A DNA stretch of 64,000 bases from Epiperipatus broadwayi (lineage: Eukaryota > Animalia > Onychophora), in assembly GCA_028023455.1 (NCBI GenBank), contig JAQFVV010000010.1, positions 7,502,001-7,566,000 on the forward strand, written 5' to 3'. Both the position numbers and the translations under genes were made by a program. Under the pieces are notes generated by a model, which did no database searches, was not told the DNA's origin, and saw nothing but the letters and a program-made list of their open reading frames with translations. Below are positions 52,561 through 64,000 of the stretch, piece by piece (the stretch's first letter is position 1; every line of letters starts with the position of its first letter).

Positions 52561-55500
52561 ATCTATAATAAACTCAAAAGAGCTATGATTATTGAAAGCT
52601 GCCTAGCATGAATAAAAGCTAAAATTTATAAACATAAGTCTACTTTTTCTGGGTCAAAGGTCCAAACAATTTATATATTTAACATTAAAAAATAAGTAAA
52701 TAAACACAAACTAAAGTTAGTATTGATATCAATGAATGCTTAAGTTGCAAAGGAAAAAAGTACATTTTCTTAGGAGAAAGGGGTGATATCTCTTTTCCCT
52801 TGATTACTGATTATTGCTAATATCTAGACACAATAGTTACAATCAAAATATTGAACTGCTTAGTGGTTTACATTTATTAAAATTGCCAAAAGCTTAAACT
52901 TCATTGAAAATTTTTACCTTCAAATGATTAAAATGGATTTTTGTTGTTAATCATTTCAGCCTAATTGCAATCCCAAAAGGATGTTAACACAAAAACCATG
53001 CATGGTTTGATTAATAAAATAGGCTTATATGACTGCTATTTAATTGTATTAAAAATAGGCTGATTTACAAAAGACTATAATATTGACTATCCACATTTTA
53101 AAATCAAGTCAGTTAATTATTATTAATATAAAGAATTTTACAGGCCTGCTAACTTCTATAATTATGCATTTTAATAAACTTGACATTTAATTTAACAAAT
53201 AATGGATTTTAAACAATGTCTAGTTTCCTGCCTTTTCTGCAACTCAGAGATTGCAGTAGTTTGAAACTATATTCAACATTTTATTTATTATAAAAGTCCT
53301 TTAATATTTATACTAGTTACTTCTATAAATCTTAAATAATATTGAAAAAAAAAGTTAAAATAAACAGTAATGCTACTTCGATGACATTTGATTAGGTAGA
53401 TATTGGAATTCATGGATAATGCTGAATCATATAATAATCATTTTAAACACATATATATCTTAATATACATATATATATCATAGAGAAATTAGTCAGTTTT
53501 TTTTTTTTTTTTACATAATATGGTACCCAAATAATGAATGTTTGCATCTCGCAACTTTCCAAATTCATAACATAAAATAATATGTATATAAATTTTTTGA
53601 TCCTCAGTTTAAACATTTGGTCAAATAATGAATAAATTTTTCAAATTCAATCACTTGTTTTATGTTTCATTTAAATATAAGCATTATTTTACTTAAAATA
53701 TTAATTAAGTTCATATTCTATTTTAAAAAGTTTAAAACAAAAATGATCTAAAACAAAATTCAACAATTTTAAAAAATATTTTATAGACATACATAAAGAC
53801 ACATTATAATAAAACCAAAACATCCTGTTAAACCTACACAAATTATGTAATATTGTCTATTAGTTAAATACCAGATCCTTTATTATTTTATTATATAGAA
53901 AACAAAACAATTATACATGAAATCATCTATATTACTGATTAACTCTTTATTTTATAAACAAATAATATTATATGCAATTTCAAGAATATTAAACAAAAAA
54001 AAAACTGTATAACAATTTTTGTAAAAACTTGTTTATTTTAAAATATAACAACAAATAGTCTCAATTTTATACAAAAAGTGAATATGATTTTCTGATGATA
54101 TAATCACATATATTAATAGTAACCTATTACATCAGTAATCAAGACTAATAGATATTCTGAAAAAAAAAAAAATTAGAAAAACAATTAACTTCTTAAAAAT
54201 GTGTAAAAAGTCTAGAACTGATATTAGTTTAGAAAGTATTTCATTACTCTGCCCCCAGTCTCTTATAATAATCAAAGTTCCTTAATGAATCACAAATCAA
54301 CATTTGTAGACTATTGTTTAGAATGGACTAGCTTACTTAGATTCCATAAGCTTGCTGAAGTAGTTTATATGTATTCTGTTTTATCTATATGTAGAGGAAC
54401 AGATAAAGGCCCTGCATCATATATATATATAGTCAGCTGGTGAATAGTGCTATACATATATTGAGAATGATAGTATTTTAAATAATTTATTGAAAATGAC
54501 AGTTGTAATTTTTAAATTACAAATTTTTTTAAAGTAAATAACTTTATTCAACTAAAAGTAAGATATGTTTCCAGTATATTTTATTAAAAAAAGGAAAATC
54601 ACAAAAATCTTCATTGAATAAAAGAACTTGGAGTATTTTTTAAAGTTATTTATGAATAGTCAAGAGAAAAGAACTTTCCAAACTGAATCTCACAATAATT
54701 TTTTATGAATGAATTAATACCTTTGATTCATACTATTTATATATATACACGTGGATTTTGTGTATTATCAACATGGAATTAATTATGTATTGAGAAAATA
54801 TATGGCTTATTAAGTTTAATTTTTTGTGCACACATTACCATGCACACACATGTTAAATCAGTCATTAATTATATATTATAAAAATAAAATTTCATTTATA
54901 GGTTTATGACAATTATTATACCACATGTCTGAGTGATTATATATAGGTGTTTTATGTATTGACATATTTGTAAATCACAATGTGATAATTTTTTTTTGTA
55001 TATTAATCAAAATCAGAAGGCTTAATTTATATGCATAGCTGTATTGTACTGACCTTAATTTCATTTTTTAAATTATCCAGTGAATTTATTTAATCCTAAA
55101 ATATTATAAATTGTTGTAAGTTATAGCTTTTGATTACAGCAATAGTTATAGAGCTTTTGTTCATTAAACTGGATTCGTGCATAACTTTTCTGTTATATAA
55201 AAGGAGTTTATATTTAGTCTTTATGGACATCCAGTTGATGACTTCATTACTTCTCTAATGCTGGATGGCATAAAGGGGATATCCATTAAAATCCATGCAC
55301 TACATTTCATTTTATTTATTTATTTAGAAATTAAGTTTATAGTTGGCCAGTACATTAATGGTACTAAGTGGCCAGAGCATTAATGGTGATCAGCATGTTG
55401 AAGTATCCCAGCATTATTTTCTTTAATTGTTATATTCTTATGGATTAGCACTTACGTTTGTGCATCCAAATTATTGTTTAAATAATTTGCCCCAAGCTGG

Positions 55501-57169
55501 CAAAGTCTAAATCATTAGCTTGGTCTATAGATCCATTTCAAATCCAGTCACAAGATTGACGATTAATTTTTAGTGTTAATCACTCATAATGAATAAATGA
55601 TTATTTCTTTTAATTAATGTTGGTGAACTTGTAGTTAGTTCAGTGCTGATCTCTCATGCGCATTGCTTCTCATATTCATTATATTTACCTTTATTCCTTT
55701 GATATTTAATTTTTTATTTTGTTTATTTGCGGATGATGATTGATTTTTCCATCTCCTCATAAATCACCCCAGGTTCACCTTATTGTTCATACCATTACAA
55801 TATATATATATTATTTTCCAAAACATCATCATTAATTTAAATATTAAAAAAAAACAAAAACAACTATTAAAACATATATATTAAAATGCTTCATCTGTAT
55901 CCATTTGTCAAATTGACAAAAATCACTGACACCACTTAAATTCTTCATGCTGGAATTCAAGTATTTAAAATCAACATAATAATAATAAAACATGTTTTAA
56001 AAAAATGCATATTCATGTATAAAAAAAAAAAAACAAAGTAAAATATGTAAACTTTTTAAATATATTTATTTATCTTAATCAGTGATTAAAACTATATAAT
56101 TCATGATTTTATAAATGTACTAAAATTTTAGTTACCTTGGCTATTTTAGAAGTAACTGTCATTATTTAAATGAGAGCATATGAGAGTGTGAATATATATA
56201 TTATTTATTTTTCAAAAATTGCTTGATTTTTTTTTATAAGAGGCAAATTAATATTAATTTTCACTTCATTATATATATAATTCCTTTATGTACATATGTG
56301 TTTTTTCTTTCCTTCATTTTATTTAGCTAATTGCATTTTTGATGACAAGACTATAATTGTGGTTCTCATCCCAGAAAATGCAATCAGTTAAATAAAAGAA
56401 CCCCCCCCCCCGCTTTGTAAATCATATGCAAAAGGATGCAAATTAATTATAACACAGCTCAAGTAGATAAAGCCATAAAATCTCTTGATAATTGTGTGTC
56501 TATCCAAAAAATAATAAAAAATTAATAGGAATATAAACATATAGTATAATGACTCAGTTTGGAACCACTATATTCATATTGTAATAGAAATACTTGACAT
56601 ATACATCAACGTAAATATAGTCATTATATTAAAGTTCCACTTTTATACAATTCAAAAGGAAACAACCTAATATTGATCCAAGATAATTTTGACATTCAAT
56701 GATTCTTTATTGGTATTTATATGCTAAACTCCTTTTTAAAGTTTTCTTGCACAGGAAGAATTAACCAAAATGAAACTAACTTTTATTTTGGGGAAACTTA
56801 TTTTGGAAGTCACCATCACATAACACTTGTAAGATTCTTTTCACTTAATATATTCTTTCAGTCCTGTATTTCCATTATCATAGTCAAGTTTAAACTAGCT
56901 CAATTAGGGAATATAAAATTAGTGGCTGATTATCAAATAATTACATATAAATAAATTTTGCTTTTAGCTTGATGTAGAAAAGTACATATGAAAACAAATA
57001 AATAATAAATTTTAGTCAAATTGATTTAATAAACTTTATAGAATATGATACAAAATATTGCCTATATATTTAAATCACAAAGATAGACCAATTTATAAGC
57101 ACTTATACTACTATTATTACCATTTTATCCAATAAATTATTATAATTCTTAACACTATATAGTTCTGAG

Positions 57170-57900
57170 TAGTATATAGGACATATATTAGGTGCCAAAT
57201 AATATCTTATTATCTTGAGTGGCTTGGTGCAGTCGTAGATTGGCATATTCTGGAGCTCAAGGACTATGAATTGCAATTCAGTATTTCCAGTACTCAAATT
57301 CTTATAAATTCCTAAGCAATAAACCATTCGATTATCTTATCACATATCTTGACAATGCATAAATCAAATATGCATCAAAATTCACAAAATACTATACAAA
57401 TAATATTCAAGAAATTAATATTTATTAATTAATTAATTATTTAGCTTACAAGCATATAAAAAAGAAAATCTACAAAATTTAATAAAAGTTTAGAGATTTT
57501 TTTTTTTTGATTAATGATTTTGCAATCACATTACTTTTTATTCACTTTCTCTTGACAATGCATGTTCAGGGTCTTGAGAATTTCACAGCATGTGTGTATT
57601 GGATAAACAGTATCTTCCACCATTGACTAGGTTTGCAGTTATCTTTTGAGATTATTTTCTGAGACAAATATAAATTTATTTTAGAGCTTTTAATTCTCTG
57701 GAATAATAATCTATTGAACATATTGTTGGGTTTGCAATTTAATTATCTTCTTCAGAATAATAACCGGAGGCCTGCTCTTTCAACAGATTTTCATAGTGAC
57801 CTTTTATTAGATGATTTTCAACTGTATTCTTTTCTCCAGATTATATTATTGGAAAAATTTTAATTCAACATTAATCACAGTAATTAAATTTGCCATAGTA
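57170..57900 (-). mobile_element. Possible decayed LINE RT fragment interrupted by a ~190-bp insertion
   Basis: Direct repeat TCTTGACAATGCAT at ~57347 and ~57550. Removing the intervening DNA gives PSQWWKILFI..SRP.TCIVKICDKII..SSRICQSTT (cf. YRPIALT..GFR..RST). Confidence 0.35.
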
Positions 57901-58250
57901 TTATTTAAATAATACCATCCTTCTACAGAATTAGTTAATATAGCAAGGATCAAATTAACTTTAGATGAGTTGGCTAAAAATTGATTCTACAAGTTTGATG
58001 GTTTTTCCTTTATTTAATACACTTTTTATCTAGTTAAGAAATACATTTTTTTGACATTTTAAAAAAATATTATTACTTTTTTTTATTAAAATTATTAGCG
58101 AATATATTTTCAATAACTTATTTACTTTCTTCAAATTTTAATAAAATTTAAATAATTTAAAAATATGATATATCATATTTAATATATTTATTAATTTGGA
58201 ACTACATATTTGTAATATATATCATCCTATATCAAAATAAAATATATATA

Positions 58251-59185
58251 CACACTTTGGGTCTCGTTTTATGCGGATTATTTTGATGCGATTTTGAAGT
58301 TATGCGATTCAAGTTTCTTCTTAATATCTTTCATATTTCACTATATTTATTAGATATCAATAAATTTAAATTATTAATAACTTACTTTGACTTGAAATAC
58401 TTTTTTTTCTTTCAAAAATATAACGTTATAGCTAACGTGAATATGGCCTGAAGCTATCTTAGCTTCTATGTAAATAACCTATTTATACTAATGAGTAAAT
58501 AATAAATAATAGATTTATACTTACATATAAAAATATCGCTATATATATTCAAAAAAATTTAAACTTTTAAAACGTATTTTGTTATATATGTATAATAAAA
58601 ATAAATAATTTTTTAGATTTTTTGAATAAAAAAACAAAGATTTTATAAACTGAAAATAATCTTTCTAATGATAATGTATAATATTTTGTTTTGATTGCGA
58701 TTTCATTTTTTTAATATAGAAACAGAAAACCATTAACACAGCACAAGATTGAAAAAATAAAAATAATGGCTAACAGGTTTCTCTGGGCATAATTACTGAG
58801 AGATTCTTGACTTCGTTTAAGGAGAAGCCACATCGAATCTGATTTCTTACCAGTTTACAAACAAACGCTAGCGATAATGATTAAAATATGTATGAAAAAT
58901 ATAAAATTAAATAAATACTGTAGTAAAAAAAAAAAAAGTAAAAAAGTTTGTCTTGTATTAATTTTTTTCAAATATTTGAAATTTTTTATTAGTCATACTT
59001 AATTTGCTTATTTTTTAAATGCGAATTTTAAAGTAATTTTTCCTTCTTGCTTTGCTTTTATGTGATTTCTGAAAATTACAATCTCTGTCCCCATTTTTCA
59101 AGGTAAGTTAAGTCTATTTTTGTGCGATTTCTTTTGTGCGCATTTTTTGAGGAACCTATCCACCGCATAAAACGAGACCCAGGTG
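58251..59185. mobile_element. Tigger/pogo-type MITE or deletion derivative
   Basis: Perfect 19-bp inverted core TGGGTCTCGTTTTATGCGG (58258-58276 / 59163-59181), CAC termini, TA on both sides, and subterminal TGCGATT repeats. Confidence 0.85.
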
Positions 59186-59859
59186 TATTTAAGAAACACT
59201 ATTATTCACATAAATGCACTAAAAAATACTACTTTCTTTAATTTTCACAATATTCTTGATATTATGAAACCAAAATAAGAATCATCATTCCTGTTTAGAA
59301 ATATTCTTAAGACTTTTTCTGAACATGATATCAAAAATATTGTAAAAATGGAATAAAATTTATTTATTGCACTTTAGTACAAAAAAGGAGTAAATAACAG
59401 CATTTCTTCCTTTTTTTATTTTCTATAACTTTTTAAAAAAACTAGAGCAAAATAAAAATTTATTAACAAATTTAAAACTATTTTTTAATGCAAAAGTAAC
59501 TTTTGAAATTTATTTATTTAATAAATAAATAAAAACCTTTTATTCACCTAAATAAAAACAATAAAAATTAGTTAATTTAAAAGGTCAAAAATCTATAATT
59601 TACATTTTTTTTTTTGTTCTAGTTTAGCTAGCCTTTTCTAAGTCACATTATACACATTTAATGATACAATTTATATTGAAAAAATTAATAACATTCAACA
59701 AAGTTTAGAATTTTACGGATAATGTAGGATGTGTAATTTTTTGCTTGTGTAAGCAGAACATAAATTAGCTGTGTTAAAAAATATCAATATTATAGTTACC
59801 TTTTATCTCCAAGATTTATTCTTAGTTTTCATTTAGTTCTATGGAACTTATGCTGAGGA

Positions 59860-61072
59860 CATGTGCAAGGGTGGGTAAAAGAGATGGGGATTAAATTTAG
59901 TGAAGAAAAATCAAATATAATGATGGTTAATACTGGGGAAAGAGAAGATCAAGAATTTTTGTTGGGAGATATTAAGTTAAGTGTGGTGAAAAGATATAGT
60001 TATTTGGGAATTATTTTTAAGTAATCAGAAAAATTATTTGGATGAATGGGAGAAAAAATTGATAAATGGAGCAAAGAAAAGAAAGGGATTGATAAAGAAA
60101 TTAACAGTGTTTTCATATAATAAATATGATGTAGCTAGAATTATATGAAAGTTGCAGTAGCAGGGTTAACATATGGTAATGATGGATTATGTGTTAGTAA
60201 AGGGGTATTAAGTTACTTAAAAAAAGTTCAAAGGGAAGTAGGAAGACATGCATTGAATGCAGATGTATGGATAGTAAAAGAGGCGATTCAAGGAGAATGG
60301 TCAAGTTTTCATATGAGAGATGCAAAAAGTAAAATGAAAATGTTTGGTAAATTGCAGTTTATGGATAATAAAAGAATAACCAAAATAGTATTTAATTGGG
60401 TTATGAGTAAAGGGTAGGTAACAAGATGGGTGAGAAAGGTAATGCAGTATGCAAAAGATATGGATAAAGAATTTATATCAGTATATTTGCACAAAAGATG
60501 GGATGATTGTGTTAGGAGGATTGTTGAGTGTTATAGTGGTAAATAATGGGATAAAAGAATAGATTTATTAATAAAGAATAGGGAGTTAGAGAGATGGAGA
60601 ACTAGTATGGAGAGTAAAAAGAGTTTAAATATATATAGAAATAAACAGAATATTAGGTGCGAGTTAATATATGATAATATAAAGAAAAGTTGTTTTATTG
60701 TTTAAGGCTCGAACAGGATCTTTAGCAACAAGAGAATATACATGTAAGTGGAAAAATATGGGTGATTTAGTCTGTAAATTATATAAGGAAGGAATAGAAA
60801 ATATCAGGCATCTGTTAATTGAATGCAAATGCTTGAAAACAGAAAGGGCACATATAATGAAGTTATGGAAAAATAAATATGAAAAAAGTGATTATACAGA
60901 AAGTGGATTATTGGTTTTTATGCTGGGTTTGGGAAAAGATAAGGGGGGGTTTAGATATAGAGACCATAGAGTTGACAAAGATTATGTTGTGGAAATGGGA
61001 TGGAGCAGAATATGGGAAAACTTAAACTGGGGAATGGAAAATAAAGTGGCTAACAGGTTTCTCTGGGCATAA
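59860..61072 (+). mobile_element. 5'-truncated non-LTR retrotransposon (RT C-terminal part to CCHC-like end)
   Basis: GIKFSEEKS, YSYLGIIF (from 59995), ORF 60145-60417, WRTSMESKKSLNIYR, FKARTGSL, CKL...ENIRHLLIEC (ORF 60698-61072). Confidence 0.85.
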
Positions 61073-63784
61073 TTGTTAAGAGATTCTTGACTCCATTTAA
61101 GGAGAAACTACAGTACATCACATTACATCCTATATAAAATTACAAATTATAATTTTTCACTATTATTATTTTGCTAATATTATTTGTAAATGTATTGTTA
61201 TTGGGGATACATATGAGTCAAAGTTTCAACTAAATTGGATATTGAGAAGTGGGTGAAAAGTGACTAATTAGATTTCACAGACAACAACAACAACAACAAA
61301 AAACCCAGTAAATTAAAACGTGTAAGTAAATAAATTTTCTCTAGCATTTACCACTTCCTTAAATATCATTAATGACATTTTTATTTAGCACTTCATTATA
61401 TTAAATTACCTAAATGTTAGAGAAAACATTGCTTAACCACAAATGCATATGTAAAAATATATGTGACATCATAATTTAAACATTATTTTATTATTTCTTT
61501 TAAATATAACTAACCCATGAGAAAGAGACAACATATTTCAATTAGCCCCACTCCCTGCACTTAATAAATTTATATTTAGTAAATTATTTCACTTATATAT
61601 ATATATATTTTTTTTTATATTACAAGAGCTATTGAAAGTTCTTTTTATAATTTTACATCTGCAACATTCTAAATTTTATTCTAAATAAAATACCTACTTG
61701 ATAACACAGTTCTATATTGCTTTTTACACACTTTATATAAGAAGGCCATAAGATGCTGTTAGGCTCAATATATTAAAATTTGCAGTTACTATTATTAGTT
61801 TACATATATATTTCCTTTATTTTAAAAATTTCTTTTTTAAAAAATTATTTTTTGTATAGCAGCACTTAAAATCCAAATGTATATTTGGTTTCAAATCACA
61901 CCCCAGAATGAAAATCAGTGGTAATGGTTTGGAATCTGGGTCACTAAAAACTTTTTTTTTTTTTTTAAGTATACAACTATTCAACTCTTGCATTATATAC
62001 TTCTAAGAAATTATATGCTTAATTTTATATCTATGCATACCAGAATGGAAAATAAAAAATAAAAAAAGAGAGAAACCTTTTCAATTTTAGAAAATAGTTA
62101 CCATTAGATTTTTATTCAATATGATTATCAAGAAATCACAAAACCAGAATTTTTATTAGATTAGTTTATATATATATCTAACTCAGTTACCACACACAAC
62201 TTTCAGTAATTAAAATCTATGTTGAAAACAAAAAATCAAGTATTTAAAAAGATATTTTTATAATTTATATTATAAACAATGCTATTTGAAATATATTTAT
62301 TTTATTTAAACCATTGTATAAACAAATGTGATAAATAAAATTGGGAGGGTAAAATCAAATTCAGAAACACAATTAATGTTCATCTGAGTATAAATGTTTT
62401 GCAGATTTTTTGCTATTTAATTAAATAGTCTGTGGAAATCATATCAATTTATAATTATCAGTTGCCTTTGGAACTCATTATTTAGATTGTTTAATATTAC
62501 TTTTGATTAAAGCTATATAGTGCAATTAACATATATTTAATTATGGAAAGTTTTATCTCAAATTAATATAGTTAATTGTGAAAAGATTTATATATTCTAA
62601 AATATATAAGAAAACAAAAGTAATATTTTTTTTATTATAAAAATTCAAAGATTAAGTTTAATTTTATATATTTTACTTAACAGTTAAAACATAATGTGAG
62701 AAAATGCTAATTTCATCCAACAAAAATGTTACAATATCAAAAAATAAAATAAAAAGCTAACTTTGTATTCACAAATATTAGGATTCAATTAAAGAACAAC
62801 TGAATGATGAACAAATTCTTGATTCAGATTGTTACAAATTGGGAAGAGGAATAGCCAAAGCCTGGACAATTGAAATTTATGCTTTAAAACTATTTGATGC
62901 TAAAACACTATCCCATTTCAAAAGCAATTGATTATATTTTTCATAAATATTAATATAATAAAAATAATGCATAGCCTGACATATCTTTAATTTCTACACT
63001 ATACTTTTTAAAATTTTCTAAAATATACTTATTTAGCTAAACAAAAAATAAAAGTATATAGCTGCTGACAAAACAGCTAACATGATACTTATCAAAGTTG
63101 AAAAAAAAAAAAGAATATATCACTATAAATCTATTCTCAATCTATGTATTGTATCTAGAAATTTAATTGTTTCAAAATATATACAATCAATAAAGCCATT
63201 CACATCATTAAAAGCTCACTGTGGTACATCAATACAAGAGATGTTTCCATAACACATTTTTGAATTTATTAGAAATATTTTTAATAAGACTATGAGCAAT
63301 TCTGAAAATAGAAATCACAAAAACATCAAAGTATAAAATCATAATATGCAAAATCAATGAAAACCTGATAATAGGTTGTAAAAAAAATATATTTTAATAT
63401 AATTTAGACTCAGATTTCAAGCTATAGCTATTTTACCAAAAAAATAATAATGAAACAAGTTTTAAATGCAGCAAGTTGCTAGTAAAAACTACTATTGAAT
63501 CACCTGATTCAGTTTAATATTCTTTAACATTTAAAAAATAGTAACCACATTAAAACAAAATTACCATAACTAATAAGAGCATTCAATATAAATAATTGTT
63601 CATAAAATTACACTCTTATTAGTAATATTTCATCAGATTCAGAAATTCAAGCAATTAACAATTTTTAGTTATTTAAACGAAAACCCGTTTATCATATAAT
63701 GATGGCTATTTCTATAATTAAATTATCTTTTTTGAATTTAAAAATAATATTAAAAATCTTTGGGTATTAATAACAAAGTCAAGC

Positions 63785-63960
63785 AATAAGTAAAATCACC
63801 ATCACCATGAGAAACAATGTCCATAATACCCAGATATGATGCATTCTTTCTCTCTCCAGTTTTGTGTATCCCTTTCAAAACAACTGAAAGTAGATTATCT
63901 CTACACCATTCTTTAATGTTATCTTCATCCCTTGTTTATATCCTAATATCAAAACTTAGA
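63785..63960 (-). mobile_element. RTE-clade LINE 3' end
   Basis: Minus frame EDNIKEWC (cf. RW.DNIKEW), followed by a TGGTGA-repeat tail. Confidence 0.5.
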
Positions 63961-64000
63961 ATTGTTAATTTTTCATTATCCACTCAACATATATGTCCAA

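Noticed and set aside
55150-55600. Possible RTE remnant on the minus strand (FASLGQII)
   Set aside because: Too degraded to support with more than one motif.

Overview
This is a very AT-rich, CpG-poor eukaryotic window, probably from an invertebrate (roughly 25-30% GC by eye). I found no host gene, tRNA, rRNA or intact ORF that I can support; the ORF track consists of transposon fragments and chance frames. The window is mostly decayed mobile elements. Non-LTR retrotransposons include a near-complete APE-RT-CCHC element at 5.7-9.0 kb, a Vingi/Ingi-like element at 19.8-22.6 kb, a CR1/L2-like RT and several RTE fragments. There are two related solo LTRs with ATAT target-site duplications, a third LTR with a tRNA-Pro-like PBS, Tigger/pogo remnants, and a Penelope-like element (RT + GIY-YIG) at 50.2-52.6 kb. 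The most notable signal is a set of type I hammerhead ribozyme (HHR) motifs from at least three sequence families. One (3863-3920, minus) has a fully intact catalytic core and sits in a 403-bp fold-back mini-element flanked by 15-bp direct repeats. HHRs in Penelope-like elements and retrozymes are established biology; whether these families are new and active is inference. A 338-bp tandem/inverted repeat family has Penelope/retrozyme-like architecture but no recognisable HHR, and is the best candidate for something undescribed. All protein motifs were read by eye and element boundaries are approximate unless a TSD or TIR is quoted.
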